From Octopus sinensis (Eukaryota), in NCBI RefSeq assembly GCF_006345805.1, contig NC_043015.1:30814001-30878000 (forward strand): a DNA stretch of 64,000 bases. The letters are read 5' to 3'. Shown in pieces: positions 1-12,777 of the stretch. Below the pieces are notes generated by a model. The model was not told the DNA's origin and ran no database searches. It saw only the letters and a list, made by a program, of their open reading frames with translations. A program made the translations under genes and the position numbers. The stretch's first letter is position 1, and each line of letters begins with the position of its first letter.

Positions 1-378
1 ATGCAAATATTTTTCCCAGACCTCAAATAGTTTCAAAATATTTTGAATTTTTTTTTTTCATGTTATGTTATAAACCTGGATAAATAAAAACAAATTTTAA
101 AAAAAACTTATTCAACTTTTATTATGGTTGTTGCGTGTTGTTACTATATTTGTTATTTATTTTATTTTATCTAGTTTCAGCTCACGAGCTGTGGCCATGC
201 TGGGGCACCGCCATTTAAAATACTGCGCCCAACGTGTACAAAATAGAATTTATTTCATGTTAGGATAATACTTGGTATGTGTGTACGTGCAGGAAAGTGC
301 CTTTAAATGATAATATTTTTAAATAGTTTCGATATTATAGATCTATAATTTCCAGTAATATATATATATATATATGTG

Positions 379-656
379 TTTCGTCTCTAGTAGACCTTTC
401 CGTCGATATCCGTAAAAAACATTTTTTTACATATGGGCTTGCGGGAACTTTTGAAGTTCACACACACACACACACACACACATGTACACCAATGCTTCCC
501 ATGCAGGGTAACTTCAAAAGAACTTCCCTCGTCATACAATCGCTTTCTCTTAGTCTCTTTCGCTCTCATTACTTCAAAATTTCCCGCAAGCCCATATGTA
601 AAAAAAAATGTTTTTTACGGAAATCGACGGAAAGGTCTACTAGAGACGAAAGATCG
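379..656. mobile_element. MITE with ~80-bp terminal inverted repeats (family A)
   Basis: TTTCGTCTCTAGTAGACCTTTCCGTCGA...GAAGT (from 379) is mirrored by ACTTCAAAA...GGTCTACTAGAGACGAAA (to 651). A near-identical copy lies at 25321-25702. Confidence 0.85.
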
Positions 657-2700
657 TCATATAAATATATATATGTGTGTGTGTGTGTATAATTTTTTCA
701 AGTGTAATTTCAACTATGTTCTTTCTGTTCGGTTTAGACAAATATTTAGCTTTTAATGACTTGAATAAATAAATAATATTTGCTCCAGCATGGCCACAGT
801 CTCTGGTTTCAACCTGCAACAGAATATATGTACCACAAGCTCAATGACAGTTATGCTTTGCAGCCACGTGGTCTGCATTCCGTTCCATGACGCGTGCACT
901 TTAAACATGTGTTTCTAACTTTTGTTTCCGATTGACCCAATATCTTGTGAGTCGAATTTAGTAGACGAAAATTTTGTCGAAGGCCGCCGTATTTTCCCTC
1001 GAAAGTCTTGCAACCTAGCGGTTTGACAAATTAAATTGCGATAATTGATATGTTACTACAGCATAACCTATTTCTTTATTACCCACAAGGGGCTAAACAC
1101 AGAGGGGACAAACATAGTTATTATATCGATCTCAGTGCGTAACTGGTACTTATTTAATCGACCCCGAAAGGATGAAAGACAAAGTCTACTACAGCATAAC
1201 CAGTCTAGCGACTAAAATCAATAAAAGAATATACTTTCATTGATTGAGTGTGTGTGTGTATATATATATATATAGGGATCCCGACAAAAGCCCCTAGGAC
1301 TAAAAAAAACTTTTAGCCATTATCATCCTTTTATTTGGTGCCGTTTAAATTAAGCTTCTATCTCTAACCAGTTGAATAATCGCATAGAGGACCTTAATTG
1401 TGATGTTTCCAATTATACTGGCAACTATATATGATGCAGAATAAAAATGACACAAAATAAAAAGTAATTTAGCTCATTCAATTCATTATGAATCGATCTC
1501 ACACGTGTGATACTAACCAAATTCACACATCACACACACACACGTATGATGTGTGTGTGACAATACATGAAACTCGGCTCTTTGAATCACTAATTTCTGT
1601 GGATTATTTACTAAATGTATATTGAACTCTGTGAGTCCTATTTTCCCACAGATACATATACATACATACATATATATATGTCACTTAGCGGTTCGGCAAA
1701 AAGAGACCGATAGAATAAGTACTGGGCTTACAAATGAATAAGTCCCAGGGTCGATTTGCTCGACTAAAGGCGGTGCTCCAGCATGGCCACAGTCAAATGA
1801 CTGAAACAAGTAAAAGAGTAAAGATATATATATATATATATATTTGTATATAAAGGATGGTTTTGCGCGTGCGCGACAAAAGCCAAAATCCCGCACTCCC
1901 TTCCAAAAAAAAAAAAAGATTCAGTTTTATTCCACAAGTGTTCTTTAATATTCCTGCTCTTTTAATACCGCAAAGCATTAATACTAATGGTAGACGTCTA
2001 GTCGGGTCGTTTACACTTCACATACCAACCATTTAGGGGAAACGGATGGTAGAGCAACGAACTAAGTGCTTTACATGGAATATAATCTCATTCTGAGATC
2101 TAATCTTGTCTATTTTAACTTTGTGTCTTTGGCATCAGTTAAAAATCAACAATTTTATACTAAAAGAACCATCAATTTGATTCACTTATACTTATTGCGA
2201 ATGCACAAAGGCTTGTGAGATATTTGTACCACGCATTCTTGTCACAATATTACCCATTGCATTCATTCTACCAAGATGTAAAGATAGCTGGTCGTTTTAT
2301 AGCCAAGTCCTATACTGAAAAACTTCATGATTGCCAAGGGATTGCGTGTGTGCTGGCAATGTTGTTCAGCTCCCGGTTTACTACCTTCAACGTGCGGGAC
2401 GGTCTGTACCCCCTTCCTCCTGCTTTGCTTTCATTCTCTCTGCCTTGTTCCCATTTGTGGGTGATTTTGACAGTTAGAGATCCTTCCTATTTCAAAATTG
2501 ATATATAATCCACCGCCAACGATAACCGTTTTTTCAACCGCCAACTTCCAGCACTATTAAATCGCTGTTCCTTACCCATCCATATAACTTTACTACACGC
2601 ACCATAGTTGTGTATAAAATCGTATTTATAGCTATAATGTATAATAAAACATAAACATACTAGTCGACTAATACAACCTTGATTATGGCCGTTATATATA

Positions 2701-3095
2701 CTCTCTCTTTTACTCTTTTACTTGTTTCAGTCATTTGACTGCAGCCTTGCTGGAGCACCGCCTTTAGTCGAGCAAATCGACCCCGGGACTTATTCTTTGT
2801 AAGCCCAGTACTTATTCTATCGGTCTCTTTTCCCGAACCGCTAAGTAACGGGGACATAAACACACTAGCATCGGTTGTCAAGCAATGCTAGGGGAACAAA
2901 CACACACATGCATATATATATACATATATACGACGGGCTTCTTTTCAGTTTCCGTCTACCAAATCCACTCACAAGGCATTGGTCGGCCCGGGGCTATAGC
3001 AGAAGACACTTGCCCAAGATGCTACGCAGTGGGAATGAACCTGGAACCATGTGGTTGGTAAGCAAGCTACTTACCACAGAGCCACTCCTGCGCCT
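2701..3095 (-). mobile_element. Full-length tRNA-headed CORE-type SINE (family 1)
   Basis: Minus strand reads GGCGCAGGAGTGGCTCTGTGG (A box)...GGTTCCAGGTTCATTCCC (B box), then a CORE-like TTGGGCAAGTGTCTTCTGCTATAGCC and a (GAGTAAAA)n tail. More than 10 copies in the window. Confidence 0.9.
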
Positions 3096-3439
3096 ATATA
3101 TATATATGTGTGTGTGTTTTATCTTCTGCTTGTTTCAGTTATTGAACTGCGGCTATGCTGGAGCACAACCTTGAAACGTTTTAGTGGAACATATCTATTC
3201 CAGTACTTTTTTTTTTATCAAAGTCTGCTAACTTATTCTATCAGTCTCTTTTTACCGAACCGCTAACTTACAGGGACGTAAACCAACCAACACCGGCTGT
3301 CAAGCGGTAGTGGGACACACACATATATACAGAGTCTTTTATATCCGTTTCAAATTTTGGCACAAGACCAGTAGTTTCGGGGGGAGGTCCTAAAGACTCT
3401 GTAACTCGCTACCTTAATAGCCTTTTATATTGGTTTTCA

Positions 3440-3629
3440 ATTTTGGCACAAGGCCAGCAGTTCGGACGATTACCTCGACCCCAGTGTTCAACTGGTACGT
3501 ATTTTATTGACCAAGAAAGGATGAAAAGCAAAGTCGACCTCGGCGGAATTTGAACTCAAAACGTACAGACGGACGAAATGCCGCTAAGCTTTGTGTCCGG
3601 CGTGCTAAGTGCTCTGCCAGCTCGCCACC
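3440..3629 (-). mobile_element. SINE family 2 (GAGGTCGACTTTGC(C)TTTCATCC core), partial
   Basis: Matches the multi-copy consensus GGCGAGCTGGCAGA...GAGTTCAAATTCCGCCGAGGTCGAC seen about 15 times in the window. Confidence 0.85.
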
Positions 3630-4039
3630 GTATTCCTTTCAAATGTCGGTACAAAGTCAGCAATTTTTTATATTTTTCAAAAGGAGATTCCGCCGAGGTC
3701 GACTTTGCCTTCCATCCTTTCGGTGTTGATAAAATATGTACCAGTTGAATGCTGGAGTTCTTGTAATATTTAAAATTATATTCGTAAGAGTGCCAGAAAT
3801 TCAATTAGCATGAGACGCTAGTAACTCTACAACCGCCTTATATTGTAGTCTAGTCTATTTCCAAGCATTTAGGCTTGCCCTTCAGTTCCTTCCACATCTT
3901 CTGTCTTTCATCTGTAGGCATTAATTTACAGATGTCTTGACTGAAAATACATGTTTTACGCAAAGAAGCCAAATCAACTTGTTAAACGGTACGCGTCTAA
4001 AGAATCGGAAGTGATATCTCATCTACGAAAAAAAGAAGT

Positions 4040-4520
4040 ATGAATCCGCATGGCAAAAGCATGAAGTCCACTGGACAAATTAAGAATAATTTGGAAGTCT
4101 ACATTGCTTGACCAGATGAAAAGGGAATTTTTCAGAATTATAATAGAATCAGCTCTGTACAATTCATCAGCATGGAATCTGACAAAACAGCAAGCTTGGT
4201 AGGACCTACAAACATATCTTGCGTGCGTGCAGTTCTCCACAAATAATGGAAACAACGTCCAACGAAAGAAGAGCTTTATGGAAACAAACCCAACATATCA
4301 AGCGTTTGAGAGGAGAGAACAAGATATTCTGATCACTTCACTGCAGTCGAAGCAAAGATGAATCAGTGAGCTCCCATTGTGGACCTGGAGCCATGAGAAT
4401 TCTCGTGTCAGACGACACAATAACGGTCTGAGCATTGATTAACTCTCCCGTGATGTAGAGTTACAAATTGAAAACCTCGAGAAATGTCATGGAAGACAGG
4501 ACAGCTTGGAGAAAACAAAG
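4040..4520 (+). mobile_element. Decayed RTE-clade LINE, 3' part of ORF
   Basis: Translatable pieces WKSTL..QMKREFFRIIIESALYNSSAWNLTKQQ and KQRPTKEELYGN resemble the RTE C-terminus. Multiple stops and frameshifts. Confidence 0.7.
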
Positions 4521-7142
4521 TGGTTTTGGTGTGGGCAACACGTTCGAAACGATATATATTGACTAAACCGCACTAATCTCACCTAATGAGAAGACTGCCA
4601 TTATCCATCTGACTAAATTATAAAAGTGAAAAAGAAAAGACTAAAATATATGCAGCTTCAATAACAACGGCAAAAGAAATTGTTTTGCAAGATGTACACA
4701 ATTGCCACAGAGGGTGGCACGCCGTGGGACTGAAACCAAATGCTTTCGGTGGGGCCTTAGGCAAGTGTCTTCTATTATAGCTCTGGATCGACTAAAGCCT
4801 TGTGAGTGGATTTGGTAGGTGGAAATTGAAATAAGGCTCCTGTGTGTGTGTCTTTGTGTTGACATCGCGTTATTACTTTAAATGAATGTTCTGCGGAAAC
4901 ATGAGCTTCTCAATTTGCTTGAAAACGAGTAAAGGCTGGCGACAGGAAGAGCATCCTGATACAGAAAATCTGCCTCTATAAACTCCTTCCGACCCATGCA
5001 AACATAGAAAAGTGGACGTTAAAATGATGATATTGATAATATGTATGTTGCTTAACACTAGATCCACCTTCATTGAATGGACTTGTGATCAAACGTGTTC
5101 CAGTCATGACCACTTAGGCATCATGTTTCTAATATATTTTCCAAAGGTCAACTTTGCCTTTTATCCTTTCGGGATCGATAAACTAAGTACCAGTTACGCA
5201 CTGGAGTCGATATAATCGACTTAATCCGTCCCCTCTGTGTTTAGCCCCTTGTGGGTAGTAAAGAAATATATATTTTTCCAATGTAGAGATCAGATGCTTA
5301 TTTTTTAATCAGTGGGACGTGATTTATGAGAAATCTAACTGCTATTTCTAACAGGTGGGACGACCAGGTATGAAGTAGCCTTCTTCGTTTATATAATACA
5401 TGCAGATGAGAATGTACGGTCTGATATGTGTGTGTGTGTGTGCGGGCGCGCATGTTTGTCTGATTTGTTTATGATGAAATACTTTAACCTAGATAAATGG
5501 AAATAGAAGAAGAGGGGACGCCAAAGCAACCAATGACCACGCGATGCTGTATAAAACAGTCGGTTATTTTTCCAGTAGAAAAATCAATTTTAACGGAGTT
5601 TGCTGATTTTCAGATTTGATTTTGGCGGTTGAAATTTATCTCACTGAGATATGTTTAAGCCCCTACCATATCTAGGACATCTTGTTTTGTTTATCTCTTA
5701 TATCTGTCACTACCACTACTTTCATATCATTCCCGTACCAACCCACCACCACCACCAGTAAGATTTAGGCCACATTCTTTCAGCTTTTCATTGTAGGAGA
5801 AGCTGGTGTTTTATTTGTTGTTGTTGGTTTAGGTAATGGTATTGTTGTTGGTGTCGGTGGTTTGGGTAATGGTGTTGTTGTTTAACGTCAGGTCAAGCTT
5901 AATCACAATTAAGAGTGAGGAACCTTTCTTAATACAAAAGAATAATTTTCACGTATGTGTGAACCTGTTATTGGGTCAAATATGGATTGAGAAAAAATAA
6001 TAAACCTTGATTTTTGCAACTTAAATATAGAACAATTTACAATTTCACAGATTATGTTAGTTAAATTGTTGTAGCTGAAAGTGTTCTGTATGGTAATTTA
6101 AAAACTTAGTGAAAGCTTCCAGATGCAGGATTTTACCCCACTCCGGAACTAAGAAGTCTGACTATATAACCTCGTTTTCTCATCAGTATATAGATGAACT
6201 ATATTAACTTTATATTATCTGTTGTCCCCTTTTCCGTTTACAACGAAGTGGCGTGTTTCGAGGGAGCTTTGAATACTGATTCTAGTGTGTAGGTCCCTTG
6301 TTTCTAATCAATCAGCTCGGTTGATTGATGAAATCAGATCTATGGATACAAAGCTTTCCAGTCGTGACGTTCGTGTCTTTTTTTCTTTTATTTTAGTAGC
6401 AATGTTGTAGTTACTACTAGTACTACTACCGCAGCTGTTGCGCTTCTTAGAACTCCCTTTATTTTTAGCGAAATCTGACCTCAAAAACGATTAAATGGCT
6501 GGCCTAGATACTACTACTACTACTTACAGCATCCCCACCACTACTACTGATACTGTCATTATCAATTTGAAAATCATAACGAATCTCGCAAGATTCAGAT
6601 CTTTCCTATGCGTGTACCAAGTATATTCAATGGACGAAGTACGACAAAAAAAAAAAAAAAAAAACTCATTTCGGAACGGTGCTGCTATGCAAAATACTAA
6701 ACATCCATTGACGTGCAAGAGACATGTACACGTAGAGGAACTGAGATATATAAAAATCAATGGCTATCGGAAGGCATGAAGGGACTTCTTCACGCAAGAT
6801 TTTCTAGAGTTACTTGTTAAAGTTACTACCCGTGAAACATGAGCAGAGTCCAACAATCCGTATCTCTGTCGTCAGTGAAGCTTATAGTAGGAATAACGAA
6901 GTCTGATATCATCCTTTGAAAATTCATTAATTTTTGGCGCAAACCTACCTCTAATGCACAGCGTACCAGATCGACACGGTGACAGTTAACTACTGTACTA
7001 GAACAGGCAGACCTAAATACGAACTCCACTCACTCGTACTTTCTCCATTATATATCATAACAATTAATAATTAGTAAACTATATTAATTAGGCTGTTTTT
7101 CTATAACTGCCATTACATGTAAAATCAAAAGTGCACACTAAA

Positions 7143-7661
7143 ACGTGAAGGCCATTTGACATTGCCGTAGCGGAAGATTATTCTCTCTCCAAAGCACTGG
7201 CATAGCAATTGCATTGTTTCTCTTGCAGTATGAGCAGTTTCCCCATCTTGCTGGAACCATATGTGAGGTCTACTTTGAATAGCCTTCATATTCCCCAGAC
7301 TTGACTAGCTTGGATTTTTTCTTGTGGGGACACCTGAAAGAGAGGATTTACATCAACAAACCAGAGACCCTAGTGCAACTGAAGGAGAACATCAATAGAG
7401 AAATCAGAGAGGTAGCGTCTGAAACTCTTGAAGGTGTTATGGTGCAAGTTTTGGAAAGAGCATGGGCATGCGAAGCCGAAAATGGCTGCCATTTAAGCGA
7501 TATCATTTTTTATATGTTATGCAGTGGTGTTGCAAAATTTGACTTGTGCATATTAATTTCCATGATGTCCTTTATATTGTATCAAAATTTCATGCATTTA
7601 TTTGTTAAATTAAGGACGTTATTAAAAATTGAAACCCATCAGTGACTTTTGGGACACCCTG
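7143..7661. mobile_element. Tc1/mariner DD41D (rosa/Visitor-type) transposase remnant with internal inversion
   Basis: Minus 7260-7143 gives WFQQDGETAHT...KWPSR. Plus from 7292 gives SPDLTSLDFFLWGHLKERIY. The right end TTTTGGGACACCCTG is followed by TA. Confidence 0.85.
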
Positions 7662-8239
7662 TATTATAAGGCATTTGTATACATACATACAAGCATAATT
7701 GAAATAAATGGATCTGCATCAGTTCAGTGATGATTCAGTTATAGTTATTTGATCAACTGAACTACCTACTCAATGGAGGAGCGTGTGACTTGCTGAGCAT
7801 TCTACATTAACATAAGATAACCCACAGGCAGAATCAACATGACATGGTGTGTGGCAAAGCTGTACCTCTGAATTACAGATGTTAACCATGAAGCAGTCTT
7901 CTGCACAGTTTCCATTTTACTAGTTTCATTCACAAGGGTTGGGTCAACCTGAGTGTGTGATAAAAGATATTTGCTCAAATTGCAATGCAATGGAATCGAT
8001 CCTGGACTTCATGATCATGAAGCAAACTACTAAACTATTCGACCATGCTGCTTCCACATCTACTACATATGAGGCAAATTCTGTCTGTGGAGTTGTTAGC
8101 TAACTCCTCCTACATCGTTTTATCGATTTTGATGAAACTTGACATGTAAGTAGAACTCATGGCATACTCAGATTGTTGAAAAACATCGATAATAGAGCCC
8201 CTGGAAGGGATCCTTATATATAACTAATATATTTTATTT

Positions 8240-8770
8240 TATCAGCCAAGGGAAATAACCCACTCATTTTCCTATATTATTTGGTATAAATCAAATTGAG
8301 CATGCTTATTTCTTAGTATTTGAACTGTTAGAGTTATTTTCACAACTTATTCATGAATATGCCAACACTAGTGCCCCTAAGGGTAATATTCTCTGGGAAC
8401 ACACAAAAGCCCTTTTCAGAGTTATTTACTTTGAATTGTTATTATCTCATATCTGATTAGCCTGTCTTTATGTAACATGCTTCACAATTTTAGTATACAT
8501 ACCTTATTGGTATTTCCACCTAAGTTCTATATACTCTGAAAACGCATTAAAGCCCTTTTTGGGGCTACTTTATTTGAATTCTTACTATCGGGTAACTAAT
8601 TTCATGTTATTACATAACTTACTTAACAATTTGGGTATTTGTAACTTACTGGGAATTCCTAAAATCAAGATCCTGTGTAAGACAGTTTGGTATTCTCTGT
8701 AAATGCACAAAAACCGTTTTAAGGGCTACATACTTTGTATTGTTGTTATTGGATGAGTGAAACAATTATG
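8240..8770. repeat. Degenerate ~150-bp tandem triplication
   Basis: Recurring (T)ATTCTCTG..A..CAC/CAT.AAA.CC.TTTT...GCTAC/GTTA..TT..ATT motif near 8386, 8530 and 8692. Confidence 0.5.
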
Positions 8771-9589
8771 AGAATGGAGCCAAGGGATAAGCCCTGCTTT
8801 TCCAGGAATTACTGGGTATGTAATCTTTATATCCTCTGTGTGTGTGTGTGTACATGTATACACATACATACTGTGGCCTCTCCTCAGAGTTTCTGTTAAT
8901 CAAATTTATTCACAAAGCAATGGTAGGTCCAGAGCTATAGTAGAAGATACATGTCCAAGGTGCCATGCAGTGAGACTGAACTCAAAACCATGTGGTTCCA
9001 AAGCAAGCTTCTTAACCAGACAGAGATGCTTACCCCCTCATAAAATTTGTTTTAGTTTTTCAAGGTCTTACCTGATAATTTAACATTCCATCATGGGTAA
9101 TATAGTTTTTTTAAGGAGCAGAAAAGGGGCTGGTTACTGGTGGGGAGTAGAGTTATGTGTGCACGTATGTGGGGTCTACCTGATTGTTTGACATAGCATC
9201 GTCAGTAATAGAGTTTTTTTTTAGAAGGCAGTAGAGGGGTGGTGGTGGTGGTGGTTGTTATGGGGAGGGGGTGTAGTTGTGTGTGTATGGAAAGATTTAA
9301 GCCTCCCCAGATGTTTAACATTGCATCATGGGTATATACAGTTGGGATTTGGCAGACGCTGATGGTGGAAGCAGAGGAAGCATTGGTGATGGTAGTGATG
9401 GATGTGTGTGTGTGTATGTATGTTTGAGTGTGAGTGTGTATGTATGCATTTATATGTGTGTGTGTTTAGGGGGTCTTTACTGTTGTCTGTTGTAGCATCA
9501 GAGTTAATAGAGGATGAGGAGGGAGGTAATGGTGATGCATGTGATGGGGTATTTCTGATGATGGTGGTGATGATGGTGGAGGTAGAGGT

Positions 9590-9670
9590 GATGGTGGGGA
9601 TGGTGGAGGTAGAGCTGATGGTGGGGATGGTGGAGGTAGAGCTGATGGTGGGGATGGTGGAGGTAGAGCT
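9590..9670. repeat. 27-bp tandem repeat x3 in a GTG/GAT low-complexity tract
   Basis: GATGGTGGGGATGGTGGAGGTAGAGCT repeated three times, with degenerate flanking units. Confidence 0.9.
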
Positions 9671-9973
9671 GATGGTGGCAACAAGGATGAAGGTGGTGAT
9701 GATGGTGAAGGTAGATGTGATGGTAGAGGTAGAGGTGATGGTGGCAACAAGGATGAAGTGGTGGGATGGTAGAGGTTCTGGGGTGATGTGTTGGTGACTA
9801 ACTAGGGATAGATGTGGGCATAGTTGAGAGGGGTTCAATCCTGCTGTGTGGCATCTTGGGTAGTGTTTTTTTTTATGCATTGCTTTGGATCAACCCATGC
9901 TTTGTGGGGTGGAAACTGGGGAAGCCCGATGGATGGATTGTATCTGTGACTGAAAGAGCCGGCATTGTTACAT

Positions 9974-10162
9974 AGTGTTACACTCATTCTACCCGTATTA
10001 CACTCTCATTCTACCCATGTTACACTCATTCTACCTGTATTACACACTCATTCTACCTGTGTTACACTCTCATTATACCTGTGTTACACGAATTCTACCT
10101 GTGTTACACTCATTCTACCTGTGTTACACTCATTCTACCTGTGATACACTCTCATTCTACAC
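9974..10162. repeat. 20-22-bp minisatellite
   Basis: GTGTTACACTC(TC)ATTCTACCT repeated about 9 times. Confidence 0.9.
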
Positions 10163-10399
10163 CAAGGTTACATATATTCCTGTGGAATAATCAAGCTTTT
10201 ACACTATCATTCAATGAACTTGGTTAATTGAACAACTGGAATATTCATCAACAAAACCGATAAAGGTTTACTTAGTTTTACTTACTAGTGGTGGTGGTGG
10301 TGGTGGTGTGTATGTGTGGTATACTTATATTATGTCTCATCTGATGTCTGACAGCATTCTGGATGCCATGTTGGTGATGTTGGTGCAGAACGTTGGTAT

Positions 10400-10402
10400 G
10401 TT

Positions 10403-10439
<37 letters not shown>

Positions 10440-10664
10440 CTATGTTGTGGTATCTAAGAGGCTTACCTGATGTCTCCACCAACATCTTGGGTGGAAAGGG
10501 TAGAAAAAAAAACAGAGGAAACTGGGGGAGCTAATGCTGTGTGTGTATGAAACACAGTCAAGACAGACACATACATGTGAGTGTGTGTGTATACATACAT
10601 ATCTATCTGTATATATATATATAGGTAGACAGATAGATAGATAATCAGACAGATAGATGTACAA

Positions 10665-10709
<45 letters not shown>

Positions 10710-10719
10710 TGTACATACA

Positions 10720-10766
<47 letters not shown>

Positions 10767-10780
10767 TACATGCGCATATG

Positions 10781-10814
<34 letters not shown>

Positions 10815-11281
10815 GAGAAAGGGAGGAAGGGATATACAGGTATAATAGGTACCTGCTGCCTCTTCAATTAGGGTTCATGGTAAGCTATAGGGATCTGTAG
10901 AAAATAAAGGTATATACATACACATATGCGTGTATGTGTGTGTAAAGGTATATATATATATATATATGTATATATACAGAGAGAAACTTTTTTTTTCAGA
11001 CATTATATATATATTATGTGAGATTGTGTGAAGACAAGCATAACGTGTTCTAACACCATCACTTCTTTCTTATCAGCCTCTCTTATACGCCATCTCCCTC
11101 ATCTGCATCTGTAACCTCTGCTGCCACCACCTACATCACCACCACCACGACTACTACCACTGGAACAGCTGGCAATATGTTACAACATATCCATGTTTGT
11201 ACACCTGACCTTAAGAATATTATAGCTCCACCCACAGACAGGCACACAACACATACATACATGCATGCATGCATACATACA

Positions 11282-11317
<36 letters not shown>

Positions 11318-11680
11318 TAGAGAGAGAGAGATATATATATACATACATACACACACACACATACATGCATACATACATGCATACACATACATACATACAT
11401 ACACTACATACATACATATATAGAAAGAGAGAGAGATACGTACACACACACACACATACATACACACATGCATTTACAGTATATAATTTGAATATAAATC
11501 TCTCTCTCTCTCTCTCTCTTTGATGTGTCTTGGGTTTTCATGTGTACATGTGTTTCTATCTTTCTATATTTGTGTGGGTATCTGTGTATTATCTGTATAT
11601 AGATACAAGTCTCTGTGTGTGTGTGTATGCATGTGTATGTATATTTGTATATGTAGTATATCTGTGTGTGTGTGTGGTTT
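10400..11680. repeat. Microsatellite field (TG, TA, GA, TACA)
   Basis: Directly visible. It accounts for the many YI/CV/HT ORFs in the track. Confidence 0.95.
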
Positions 11681-11923
11681 GCCAATGTTCTTAGAGTGTG
11701 AGGATCAGAGACATTGAAGTGTTCTGCATTGCACAAGACTGTATTAAAGAGAATTAAAACGTTGTGGGTGAGAAGTTGTATGGATGGATAATGTCACGTT
11801 TGCATCCAGTGATTCTGAAAAGAAAGAGGCACAGAAGTGCTACTGTGAAAGGCTTACAAAATGTGGAGGATGCAGGGGAGAGAGTCTTTCTAATGTGAAC
11901 CTGGCAGAGGGACCTGCCATTCT

Positions 11924-12374
11924 TATTTCTTTATTGCCCACAAGGGGCTAAAACACAGAGGGGACAAACAAGGACAGACAAACGGATTAAGTCGATTACA
12001 TCAACCCCAGTGCATAACTGGTACTTTATTTATCGACCCTGAAAGGATGAAAGGCAAAGTCGACCTCGGCGGAATTTGAATTCAGAACGTAACGGCAGAT
12101 GAAATACCGCTAAGTATTCCGCCCGGCATGCTAACGTTTCTTATTTCTTTATTGCCCACAAGGGGCTAAACATAGAGGGGACAAACAAGGACAGACAAAC
12201 GGATTAAGTCGATTACACCAACCCCAGTGCGTAACTGGTACTTAATTTATCGACCCCCGAAAGGATGAAAGGCAAAGTCGACCTCGGCGGAATTTGAATT
12301 CAGAACGTAACGGCAGATGAAATACCGCTAAGCATTTCGCCCGGTGTGCTAACGATTCTGCCAGCTCGCCACCT
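11924..12374 (-). mobile_element. SINE family 2 head-to-tail dimer
   Basis: Two tandem copies flanked by TSD TGCCATTCT (11915-11923 and 12375-12383). Confidence 0.9.
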
Positions 12375-12777
12375 TGCCATTCTGGTTGACAGCAGTATGA
12401 CAGATAAAGCAATTAAGGATACGAAAACAGAGAAAGCTCCTGTTCCATCGAGAATCACCATTGCAATGCTTAAAGTATCAGATGTGTGGGATGTGGCCTA
12501 GTCATGTAAATAGTTAATCGGGTTGTACAGAAAGGCATCATACCCAGTGACTAGTGTAGCAGCATTATAGTGAACTGTTGCAAGGGTAAAAGACATACCT
12601 TGTATAAAAGTAATTATGGAGATATCAAAATGCTGGACTGGGTCATGATAGATTCATTTAGAGTTATAACTCCAACTAATTAGGATGAGAGTCAGTGCAG
12701 GTGAGATGCTGCTTAGTTTTTTGTGCAAGGGGGAAACAGTACTAATGCTCTCTTTATAGTAAAGCAACTGAAGAAGT

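Noticed and set aside
9326-9880. Mucin-like, Pro-rich and Met/Val-rich ORFs on both strands
   Set aside because: Explained by the 27-bp tandem repeat and GTG/GAT low complexity. All frames are open and there is no splice support.
10440-11736. Many 60-134-aa YI/CV/HT ORFs (also 45556-46283, 47983-48724 and 55227-55729)
   Set aside because: They are translations of stop-free dinucleotide microsatellites.
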